The notes under the pieces were generated by a model that was not told where the DNA came from, ran no database searches, and was given only the letters and a program-made list of their open reading frames with translations. A stretch of DNA of 64,000 nt, from the IMG/VR virus record IMGVR_UViG_3300046501_000132, positions 96,001 through 160,000 of that record; one strand, written 5' to 3'. The translations under genes were made by a program, and so were the position numbers. This DNA is from a virus. Below, one piece after another: positions 56,078-64,000 of the stretch (its first letter is position 1; every line of letters begins with the position of its first letter).

Positions 56078-56529
56078 CGGACCTCCAATACCCAGGCTTC
56101 CGCTGCATCCAGAGCAGCGGCGGACGACTCGTGACGGGTGGTCGGCTTTCCTTCGCCTTCCACAGCAGCGAGATAGTAGTGGACGTTGTATACGTCGCTT
56201 TCCACGTTGTGAAGATCGAGCATGACCAATGCAGAGCGGTCACACGACATCACCATCCAATCGGTTCCTCGTTCCTCCACCACCAACCTATCCTTCAGAA
56301 TTTTGGTCTTCAGGACGTTGATACGCTTGGTCAGCTCATCAATGAAAGCCTGATGAGAGGCGCGGGGCGATAGACCCATTTCTCCCGCGATCAGGGCGCG
56401 GGTAGAGCGACCCTTAGAGCGTAACCCCTGCGCCTCCAGCTTGATACGTCCCTTGAAGGAAGCGAGTCGATACAATTCGATACCATCCGGGGTATCGAAC
56501 ACCAACTCAGTCTTTCCGTTTGCGCTCAT
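56074..56529 (-). CDS. hypothetical protein
   Basis: GGAG SD, ATGA coupling. Confidence 0.65.
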   Translation of the reverse strand: MSANGKTELVFDTPDGIELYRLASFKGRIKLEAQGLRSKGRSTRALIAGEMGLSPRASHQAFIDELTKRINVLKTKILKDRLVVEERGTDWMVMSCDRSALVMLDLHNVESDVYNVHYYLAAVEGEGKPTTRHESSAAALDAAEAWVLEVR

Positions 56530-56729
56530 TTGCTTCTCCGAAGCGCCGGATCAAAGTCCGGCTTACACTTGTAGACTTCGTAATCGCCGTTGGTGAGCTT
56601 GCCGTTGACAAACTCCCCGAACAAGCGACATTCTTTGGCGACGACTGACACGCCGTATTCGTGACCGATCAAGAATGAAGTAATAATCAATACTACGGTC
56701 AGTACCTTCATCGCCATTCTCCCGATCAA
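56526..56729 (-). CDS. small membrane/exported protein
   Basis: TM helix plus 'C..FG.F....Y.C'. Confidence 0.6.
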   Translation of the reverse strand: MIGRMAMKVLTVVLIITSFLIGHEYGVSVVAKECRLFGEFVNGKLTNGDYEVYKCKPDFDPALRRSK

Positions 56730-57493
56730 TTGCCGATTTTCGGCGCCGGTGCATTCGTGCCGACCTGCTTCGACAGGTTGACCTTATCACCGTATTCCAG
56801 GCCCTGGCTCAGCGCGTTGTTGGACTTGTTCACCACATTGAGCTTTTTCTTCTTGACCTGGATACCAAGAACCTTTTCGATGAAGGAATCGTTGGCGTCA
56901 GCTTCAGTCTGGTAGACGTTGGATAGCACCAGGGCGGTTCCGGTCGACACCGGGGAGGGTTCGTCATCCTCCACGTCCTTCAGGTAATCTTCCGTCTTGG
57001 TTTCCTCTGCTTCCTTTCGCAGAGCAAAGCAGCGCTGGCTGATCTTCAGGGCCGCGCCGTTGCGGAAAGTGGTTCCCCAACCGGCATTGCCACCGGCGTC
57101 GCGTTGAGCCCGGTTCGATTCATCCGAAACGCTCTTGATCGCGTAGAGCGTCATTTCACGAGCGGTGATCGCGTTGCTTTCCAGGCCCACGAAGTGGAAG
57201 TTGTACTTCTGCTTCCCTGGAACCTTCGTGCGAAAGAACTTGCAGAAGAACAGTTCGGCAATCGCGTGTCCGATCATCGTGCGATACGGATCAGGGAATT
57301 GCTCCAGGAGCAACTCGTCACGATCCTCCTTGTTCTCGATGCTGACCTTGTCCATCGACAGATTGTGCTTGGTCATCAACTTCAGGGCCATCCGCATCGC
57401 GGTATCACGTTCAGCTTCCGCGCCAGCAGCGCCATCCTTGGCGTGGTTCAGCAGCTTTTGGATCTTTGCGATGATTTTGTTTTGGTCCGACAT
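56726..57493 (-). CDS. DUF2786-domain protein
   Basis: 'KII.KIQKLL..A.....E...A...A..LM.KHNLS'. Confidence 0.85.
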   Translation of the reverse strand: MSDQNKIIAKIQKLLNHAKDGAAGAEAERDTAMRMALKLMTKHNLSMDKVSIENKEDRDELLLEQFPDPYRTMIGHAIAELFFCKFFRTKVPGKQKYNFHFVGLESNAITAREMTLYAIKSVSDESNRAQRDAGGNAGWGTTFRNGAALKISQRCFALRKEAEETKTEDYLKDVEDDEPSPVSTGTALVLSNVYQTEADANDSFIEKVLGIQVKKKKLNVVNKSNNALSQGLEYGDKVNLSKQVGTNAPAPKIGN

Positions 57494-57562
57494 TTTTATT
57501 ACCCTTTCGCGGTCTGTTGTGTTAGGTTATCGCCTTACTATGTTTCGTTCAGCGATGTAATA

Positions 57563-57655
57563 ATTATAGTCGCGTATTCATGATTCGTCTAGTTCTTTTC
57601 TGACGAAACTTTCAGACTTTTACCTATAGACTTTTCTGCAGGATGGGTATATAAT
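57563..57655. promoter_or_regulatory. divergent early promoters (- TAGACG-N17-TATAAT 57563-57591; + TAGACT-N17-TATAAT 57627-57655)
   Basis: Exact 17-nt spacing on both strands. Confidence 0.8.
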
Positions 57656-57659
57656 AAAG

Positions 57660-57980
57660 GGTTCATGGTGGTCGGTATTCAGACGGTAGCATCATGAAGG
57701 TTGTTTCGGCTTACTATGGGATCGGATTAGGCCAAACCCGCAATCTAGGGCAATATGCTCGGTGTGACTCAGGGTATCCGACTGACCAGACGTTTGGTTA
57801 GCGTAAGTGAGTGTGACTTGTAGAGAACAACGTTTGTAATCTCTACGCCTGACTGGCTCCGATACTGGGACCTGAGGCTTGATGAGCTACTGCCTTTGCT
57901 GGCAGGGCCATCTTTCGCCTTTCCTTCACCGTCCAGGGGATAAAAGAATAAAGCCCCTAGCGGATTAGGCTTAGGGGCTT
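57660..57980 (+). ncRNA. candidate structured ncRNA (about 300 nt)
   Basis: Own promoter, terminal hairpin, no ORF with SD, several nested helices. Confidence 0.55.
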
Positions 57981-58082
57981 CTCAGAGAATCAGGGTTATT
58001 AGAAAGGCTACCAGACGTTCAGATAGCGTAGGAAAGGCTAGATAGACCGCTAGAGCGAGTCCCGCCAGTAGACCAACAACGC

Positions 58083-58430
58083 TCAAGCCGGAACCCTCCG
58101 ACGATGATAACCTGAGCTAGTAGCGGCTTGTTCAGACTGAAACTTTAAGTCGGCCAAGCGAATCTTATCCCGCTCGATAACCCGGAACATTTCCTTGATC
58201 TCCGCGATACGAGGCTCACCAAAGAGTAATTCCTCAATATCGTAATACGCGATCACTTGGGAATAGTTCATGATCGCTTCGGGGTAGACGGAAAAGGCTG
58301 TCTTGTAATTTCCCTTTCGGATAGCCTCTTCAAACTGTTCTTGGTAGAGTTTCCCGCTCTCCAAGTGGTCAGCTATTCGCTGCTTGAGTTGGTCCCTGAC
58401 GGAACCGATAAGATTTGATATTTCAGACAT
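58083..58430 (-). CDS. hypothetical protein
   Basis: GGAG SD; promoter 58460-58489. Confidence 0.65.
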   Translation of the reverse strand: MSEISNLIGSVRDQLKQRIADHLESGKLYQEQFEEAIRKGNYKTAFSVYPEAIMNYSQVIAYYDIEELLFGEPRIAEIKEMFRVIERDKIRLADLKFQSEQAATSSGYHRRRVPA

Positions 58431-58540
58431 GGTATATCTCCGCGCTGCTGGGCGCGTTTAGTATAGCCCTGAAAGCTCATGAGAGTCTATACGTAAAAAC
58501 CCCTAGCGGGTTAGGCTAGGGGCGTCGTGACTTGGTGAGA

Positions 58541-58807
58541 TCAGTCGGAGTTCAGGACGTGCAACGGGAGTTGGAAGTCACCGTATTGTCCTTGTTCGTT
58601 GTCGACAAGGACCATATTCGTGCTCAGAGAACCGGGCTGCACGTCGGTCATATCCATCTTGAGAAACACGACGTGTGGATTGTCCATCGCCATCTGCAGG
58701 GTTTCGCGGTTGGCTTCGTAGAACGATACGTCAGGGTCGGAAACCTGGTGAGCCTGGGAGAGTTGCTCCATGCAGGCGACGATCTCTTTCAGTTGGCTGA
58801 GCTTCAT
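58541..58807 (-). CDS. hypothetical protein (MKLSQLKE...)
   Basis: GGAG SD, ATGA coupling; ORF-track start 59068 is probably too long. Confidence 0.6.
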   Translation of the reverse strand: MKLSQLKEIVACMEQLSQAHQVSDPDVSFYEANRETLQMAMDNPHVVFLKMDMTDVQPGSLSTNMVLVDNEQGQYGDFQLPLHVLNSD

Positions 58808-59037
58808 TCTGCGCTCTCCAGATTGCGTTGTGTGACACGATTGGGCTCGGATTCCTTCGCAGGGCCGCCATATTTGTACAGATAGCCCAGACCCCCGAAC
58901 GACAGCAGGAACACGAGCGATGACCATTCGTATTGGCCTGCTCCTGCCAGGAAAGTTGCGATTGCCAGCAGAATCGCAGCGCCGATCAGGATGGTGAAGA
59001 ACTTGATAGAGTTCATTTGGGTTTCCTTGTTGGCCAT
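58804..59037 (-). CDS. small two-TM membrane protein
   Basis: Two hydrophobic helices. Confidence 0.6.
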   Translation of the reverse strand: MANKETQMNSIKFFTILIGAAILLAIATFLAGAGQYEWSSLVFLLSFGGLGYLYKYGGPAKESEPNRVTQRNLESAE

Positions 59038-59194
59038 GATTATACCTTTTGGAGATATTCAACAGCACGCGAGCCGGACAGAACCGCGTCGATGTCCGCT
59101 TTGCTTTACGAACAACAAACAGCGCCCCCTGTTGGCGTAAGGGGATTATAACCGCGAACCCCTCTGAATTTCTATCAGAGGGGGTCCAGCCGGA

Positions 59195-60208
59195 TTAGTT
59201 GACCAGAGCGTCCAGAGCTTCAACCGTGAATCCGTTATTGCGGACCATCGTGGCCTCTGCAATATCCTCCCAGCCGTTCGGATCGCCCTTCATGAACGCC
59301 GCCAGCTTGAGAATCGAGCGGAGCGAAAGCTCACGCAGATTTTCATAGTTGGCTTCCATCCATGCCATCATCATCGCCTTCTGCTCGTTGTCGATGCCGT
59401 GCACGTCGAGCATCGTCGTGTTGTTGACGACTTGCTTGATGCGCGTCATGATCTCTTTGTTCGTGTGGATGCCCAGATCCAGGTAGATCGAACGGGAGAT
59501 CAGAGCCTTGAAGTGGGGTGCCAGGTTGGTCCCCTTCTCCATCAGGCGGTCAAAGTCCAGGTTGGTGATGAACACGCAGGCGCCTTCAAAATCAAACGCT
59601 TGGTCCACGCCTTGATCAGCAAGCCACTCGGATGCCGTCAGCCACGACAGATGGCGGACGTCGCCCGTATCCAGCGCCCCCTTCAGAAGATTGAGAGACG
59701 TCTCATCTTGAAAGATGACGTCGATGTCGTCCAGGACCAGGATGTCCCCTTTGTTCCGGTGCTCGAACAACTGCTGGAACAGGGCGATGGCGCTGATCTT
59801 ACCTTTGAGGATCGTGAATTGGCCGATCTCATTTCGGTCGATAGCCTGATTCAAACGCTTCTCCAGGCTATACGATTTGCCGATGCCGGCCGCGCCGGAA
59901 ATGATCAGCGACCGCACCGCACCTTGGATCACAAACTCTGTGAGTTTGGCCATGATGTCGAAGCGGCGTTCAATCCGAATGCTCAGCTCACACTCAGCCG
60001 GCGCGTGGACTGGCGTCTTGCTCGTGTCCTCTACAATATGGAAGTCAGCCCGATTCGCGTGGACGTTGATTTCCTTCCCGTTGTGAACGATGCGCAAGTA
60101 CAATTCTCGCTTGCATCCAACATCGCCTTGTCGTTGAGCAACCAGCGGGAATTGGCCATAGAGACTCTTGCCCCGGTACAGGCTATCTTTGATCGATACG
60201 ATTTGCAT
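59195..60208 (-). CDS. AAA+ family ATPase
   Basis: Walker A 'GAAGIGKS', Walker B 'LVLDD.D', 'N.LK.ALD', 'FITN', 'AL.SR'; promoter 60280-60307. Confidence 0.85.
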   Translation of the reverse strand: MQIVSIKDSLYRGKSLYGQFPLVAQRQGDVGCKRELYLRIVHNGKEINVHANRADFHIVEDTSKTPVHAPAECELSIRIERRFDIMAKLTEFVIQGAVRSLIISGAAGIGKSYSLEKRLNQAIDRNEIGQFTILKGKISAIALFQQLFEHRNKGDILVLDDIDVIFQDETSLNLLKGALDTGDVRHLSWLTASEWLADQGVDQAFDFEGACVFITNLDFDRLMEKGTNLAPHFKALISRSIYLDLGIHTNKEIMTRIKQVVNNTTMLDVHGIDNEQKAMMMAWMEANYENLRELSLRSILKLAAFMKGDPNGWEDIAEATMVRNNGFTVEALDALVN

Positions 60209-60452
60209 TCTTATTCTCTCCAACGATTGTGTTAGGTTATCGTTGCAGCGTTATTCGTTCGTTGCATCCGATACAGGTAATTCTACGCCGATTCCTATGA
60301 AAGTAAAGACTTTTTATGAATATTTTTAGGCGTGAATAGCAGTGCTTAGATCGCCTAGAATCGTTCGGGCTAGGGTATCCAGGGCCAGAGCCCTAAACGC
60401 GCCTAGCCAGCTAAAAAGCCCCGCGATTCTCATCAACGGGGCTTTCCTAGGT

Positions 60453-61043
60453 CTATTCGGTATCGTCAGCCTTCGCTTCGCTTTCGGCTTTCGCTTCCTG
60501 CGCCGCTTGTAACTGTTTCTTAACAAATTTAATCGTCTTGAGCGTTTCGATAGCGGGAATTAATTCTGCCTGTCCTTTGTTTTCCAATATCGCCTTATCA
60601 CGGTTCAAATACCCCTGGAACCGTTTTTCGGGTGAGGCTTCCCGGAATTTCCCGATTAATTGGCGCTCCATTTCCGCTCTCAAATCCTCCGGGGTTTTAA
60701 TATCCGGATTCTTCAAAAAGCGCATAATAGACTTATCCGCCTGATGGTGCCTAGCGACGCCTAGAACTTGGAGATACTTCTTGATGAAGAATCCCTTATA
60801 TTGTAATCCAATCATCGTTTCTAGACGGTCTACGTACCGCTGCACCAACGCGTCAATATCCGTATCGGGGTGTCGGCATTCCACAAAATACCTTTCCAAT
60901 TGGACTTCGGTAATCTCCGGATGATGCCGGCTGACGTGCGTTCTCAAATCCTTAGAAGCCCGCATGACGCCTTGACACGCGGGGCACGCATATTTGCGCG
61001 ATACCTTTTTGCCGTTAATATCCCTCAAAATCCACCGCCTCAT
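60453..61043 (-). CDS. C2H2 zinc-finger-containing protein
   Basis: 'YACPACQGVMRASKDLRTHVSRHH'. Confidence 0.6.
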   Translation of the reverse strand: MRRWILRDINGKKVSRKYACPACQGVMRASKDLRTHVSRHHPEITEVQLERYFVECRHPDTDIDALVQRYVDRLETMIGLQYKGFFIKKYLQVLGVARHHQADKSIMRFLKNPDIKTPEDLRAEMERQLIGKFREASPEKRFQGYLNRDKAILENKGQAELIPAIETLKTIKFVKKQLQAAQEAKAESEAKADDTE

Positions 61044-61160
61044 TATTAGTTAATATACAAAAATTTAGGGCGGCGGAAACGTAAAACCCCCTGCTAGATT
61101 CTAGCAGGGGTTGGGGGTAAATCGCCCAGAGCGAGGGGGCGAACCCCCTGAACTTGTCGC

Positions 61161-62150
61161 TTAGGCCGTCGCTTGCTGGCGCTTGTTCGAGCGGCGGGTC
61201 ACCGTACCGGCACCGGCGCCAACCGGGGCATCCTTCGGCACCTTGACCGGTGCCTTCGGGGTCGCTTCGGGCTTCGCCTTGGCTTCTGCCTTCGGGGCTG
61301 CGTCCGGGGTAGGCTCGTTTTCACCGGCAGCTTGCTTCACCGCCTTGACGGCATCCTTTTCCGCCTTGATCTGAGCGAACTTGTCGCGCATTTCCTGCGG
61401 ACGCACCAGGCGCTTGTCGGTCGTCAGAATTTCTTCCGGAGTGTAGCGGCGCCCCGTGCCGATTTCCGACACGTAGTAGGCCATCGCGCCGTCATCGCGC
61501 TTCATCTTGTTCAGGAAGTACCCCTTGGCTTTCGGTTCCCAGTGGATCACCCCGGCCAGGCCGCCAGCCGACCAGCCGAACTCGTCCATCAGTTCCTTCT
61601 TGGTCGCGCCGTTCGGATCGCAGAGGCGCACCAGCAGCTTGTGGATCTTGGAGTCCGTCTTAACTTCGACAGGCGTTTGCGGGAGCACCACCGTCCAGTC
61701 GGTGCCGCGAACCACGGCGCGCTTGTCTTGCGTCGGCAGCGCCTTTTCGACATCAGCGGCCAGCTTCGCTTGCTCCGGGGTCAGGGTCTTGCCCTTACCC
61801 TTCGCGCCGGCAGCCGGCTTGTTGCCCCAGGCCGATGCTGCCGCTTCTTGTTCCTTCGTCATCTTGCCTTCCATCTTGACGTCGTCGGTCTTGACTTCGT
61901 CCGCCGGGGCTTCGGTCTTGGCCTTCGCAGCCTTCGCCTTGGCGGCGGCGCCCTTCGGGGTCGGCGCGGCTTCGGACTTCACCACGAAGTCACCGGCTTC
62001 AGTCTTGGAACCGTTCATCAGAGCGGCCAGGGACTTTTGGCCCAGGGTGAAGCCAGCGGCTTTGATCGCTTCCACGATCTTGGCTTGCGACAGGCCTTCG
62101 GTCGACAGGTTGAAATCGGCGGTCTTGTGGGCGATAACGATTGCGGTCAT
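61161..62150 (-). CDS. Ala/Lys/Pro-rich protein with central DUF3489-like winged HTH
   Basis: 'KIHKLLVRLCDPNGATKKELMDEFGWSAGGL'; AGGAG SD; two tandem early promoters (62234-62262, 62341-62369). Confidence 0.7.
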   Translation of the reverse strand: MTAIVIAHKTADFNLSTEGLSQAKIVEAIKAAGFTLGQKSLAALMNGSKTEAGDFVVKSEAAPTPKGAAAKAKAAKAKTEAPADEVKTDDVKMEGKMTKEQEAAASAWGNKPAAGAKGKGKTLTPEQAKLAADVEKALPTQDKRAVVRGTDWTVVLPQTPVEVKTDSKIHKLLVRLCDPNGATKKELMDEFGWSAGGLAGVIHWEPKAKGYFLNKMKRDDGAMAYYVSEIGTGRRYTPEEILTTDKRLVRPQEMRDKFAQIKAEKDAVKAVKQAAGENEPTPDAAPKAEAKAKPEATPKAPVKVPKDAPVGAGAGTVTRRSNKRQQATA

Positions 62151-62390
62151 GGTAATTCTCCTGAAAGGATGGATTGTGTTAGGTTTCTTTACTTCCGATT
62201 CGTCGGTCGTTTTTTGTATCGACCGTAGAATCTATTCTAGTCTTGATTCAACCGGAAGTAAAGAGAAATTTTAACTTTTTCGCTTTCAACTTCCGCTTCG
62301 GTATCGCGCCGCTTTCGCGTTTCGTCCTACCGATGATTAAATTCTAGTGGTCTCACGTATGGAAGTAAAGAACTATTTTCGTGATTTTTG

Positions 62391-62404
62391 TAGGTACAAA
62401 CCCT
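62391..62404 (-). promoter_or_regulatory. 14-bp box TAGGTAnAAACCCT (copies at 63415-63428 and 63692-63705)
   Basis: Three intergenic copies 21, 11 and 11 bp upstream of -35 hexamers. Confidence 0.6.
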
Positions 62405-62712
62405 AACAGCAACCCTTATTCGCGCCTATATAGAACGGGGCGATTTACCCCGAATCGTCATAGAGCGGTCTAGCAGCTCATAGGATCGATTCTGTGTCTA
62501 GTCGATAGGGAAGGATAGACCACTTCCAGATCATCGATCCTAGGCTCATCTAGGCAGTACTATCGGAAACGCGCGCCGATAGATTTATCCATATCTGACG
62601 CGCAGGGGCGGATTAACTAACCGGAATAACCGCTAGTGATATAATCATATATGAACTTCAGAAAAAAGAAAAGCCTAGGGCAAACCCTAGGCTTCGGTTG
62701 ATATCTGGTATA

Positions 62713-63342
62713 TCACATTGACCAGCGGGCACGCTTCCAACCGTAGCCATATTGGTCAGTAAACACATTTCCCAGCTCAAGAACCCAGATGCGTTCCGTA
62801 GCGGCGATGGCCTCTTCAACCGTCATCTTCGGGGCGTTTATGGGCTTGTAAAACACGTGTACGCCGCCAGCGGTCAGATTCGCCACCCGACGCACCGGGT
62901 CAATCCGAAGCGTGCACTTGTGGAGGGTATGACCGCCCGAAGCGTTGGACATGATCGCGAATATCAAACGAGCGCATTCCTCCGGCTTTTCAAAATCAAA
63001 AGTTTCCGGCAGCGGCAAAGTCTCGTTTCGCTCCACCGGATAGGCGCTTGAACCGTAGTAGAGTCGGGCGAAGTCCAACGACGCGGGTTCCGCAGCGGAA
63101 ACGTAGTTGGTGACGTTCCCCATGGAGGTCGGCGTACCGTTGATGGGCGGGCGGGCTTCGCGTCCAATCATAGCATCGTTCGGCAACTCGCGTCCTTCCC
63201 ATACAACGCGGTCTACGCGGATAACGTAGCAATCGCAGTTGCTATTATCCTTCGAATAGTCGATCAAAACACCTTCCACGTAGCAGTCCGTGCGAGTCGG
63301 AAACTCCAGCGAGCGCACGCGATATCCAATCGGGAAGTCCAT
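62713..63342 (-). CDS. hypothetical protein
   Basis: GGAG SD; promoter 63375-63403. Confidence 0.7.
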   Translation of the reverse strand: MDFPIGYRVRSLEFPTRTDCYVEGVLIDYSKDNSNCDCYVIRVDRVVWEGRELPNDAMIGREARPPINGTPTSMGNVTNYVSAAEPASLDFARLYYGSSAYPVERNETLPLPETFDFEKPEECARLIFAIMSNASGGHTLHKCTLRIDPVRRVANLTAGGVHVFYKPINAPKMTVEEAIAATERIWVLELGNVFTDQYGYGWKRARWSM

Positions 63343-63427
63343 TTGTTTCTCCGGTATTTGTCTTAGGTGTTCTTAGTATAGCGAACTTGGTCCAAGAAGT
63401 AAAGACAAATTCGCTAGGTAAAAACCC

Positions 63428-63616
63428 TTAGCAACCAGCCGGGGATGGATAGGTTGTCCCACAGACGGTCGGCTTGGGCGGCGCGACCGGGTTTGGGTCG
63501 TTGACGTGCTTGGTGGGCGCTTCATCCTCGCCTTCGCCACCGCCACAAGCGGTCAGGGAGAGTAGAAGCGCCATGGCCACTGCCAACAGGATGATCTTGT
63601 TCAGGTTCGTACTCAT
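63428..63616 (-). CDS. small lipoprotein
   Basis: Signal II 'KIILLAVAMALLLSLTA-C'; GGAG SD; promoter 63651-63680. Confidence 0.75.
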   Translation of the reverse strand: MSTNLNKIILLAVAMALLLSLTACGGGEGEDEAPTKHVNDPNPVAPPKPTVCGTTYPSPAGC

Positions 63617-63704
63617 TTGGAGCTCCATTCTATGGATTCAAGGTAGTTCTATCATAGCTGACTTCCATATGGAAAGTCTAGAGAAATCAGCTAGGTAGAA
63701 ACCC

Positions 63705-63998
63705 TTAGTTGCGCCCGAAGTTCGTGCCGGCCACGACGCCATCGGCCCAGATCACGACGCAGCGCCGTTCGCTATCGGTAATCTGCCACGCTTCCGCGCC
63801 GGTATCGAGAACTACACCGCCTTCGCAATCGCGTATTGTTTCGATGAAATACCGGGAAACGAATTGTCCCAACGGGTCATACTTGGTCACGTACCGGCCG
63901 TCAAAGAACTCGACCATCGGCGGGTTCTGGTCATGCACGAGGCAATTCCCACGGCCATACCGCTCACCCTTTTGGATTACACGAACCAGGAAGGTCAC
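63705..63998 (-). CDS. conserved phage hypothetical protein (possibly 5'-truncated)
   Basis: 'G.RYG...CL.H...P.VEF.D......GQFVSRY' motif. Confidence 0.65.
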   Translation of the reverse strand: MTFLVRVIQKGERYGRGNCLVHDQNPPMVEFFDGRYVTKYDPLGQFVSRYFIETIRDCEGGVVLDTGAEAWQITDSERRCVVIWADGVVAGTNFGRN

Positions 63999-64000
63999 GC

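Noticed and set aside
57694-57801. 35-codon ORF (MKVVSAYYGIG...) inside the candidate ncRNA
   Set aside because: No SD, and its ATG is buried in the first helix; not excluded, but unsupported.
57660-57980. tmRNA, RNase P RNA or tRNA identity for the ncRNA
   Set aside because: No tRNA-like acceptor/T-arm with CCA end and no RNase P GAGGAAAGUCC core seen.
61173-62274. 351-aa and 255-aa plus-strand ORFs
   Set aside because: Shadows of the GC-rich 61161..62150 gene; promoters and SD favour the minus strand.
1-64000. CRISPR arrays, tRNA/rRNA genes, integrase, introns or inteins
   Set aside because: By eye, no regularly spaced repeats, cloverleaves or interrupted core genes were found; tRNAscan and CRISPR finders were not run.

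Overview
This 64 kb window is from a large T4-like (T4-superfamily; gene order reminiscent of Ackermannviridae-type myoviruses) dsDNA phage of a Gram-negative host (it encodes spanins). Replication core: C-terminus of topoisomerase II gp52, gp45 clamp, gp44/62 clamp loader, RegA, gp59, gp41 helicase, UvsX and DNA ligase. Nucleotide metabolism: dimeric dUTPase, dNMP kinase, a thymidylate-synthase-family enzyme resembling dUMP hydroxymethylase, MazG-like proteins and a deaminase. Virion block: gp3, gp29-like, hub, gp53, gp48, gp4, gp54, gp2, and embedded Rz/Rz1. It also carries a Ter/TelA/vWA cluster and many small early genes, driven by about 20 copies of a TTTACT/TAGACT-N17-TATAAT promoter; late genes have TAAATA. 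The most notable signals are: (1) a glycosyltransferase / PIG-L deacetylase / glycosyltransferase operon whose two transferases end in clamp-binding-like tails, suggesting an amino-sugar hypermodification of hmU DNA; (2) a free-standing small ORF carrying a gap-free homologue of the Gol segment of the major capsid protein; (3) a roughly 300-nt structured non-coding transcript with its own promoter and terminator; (4) a helically phased 14-bp box upstream of several early promoters. I saw no tRNA, rRNA or CRISPR array. All calls come from motif recognition by eye; no database searches were run.
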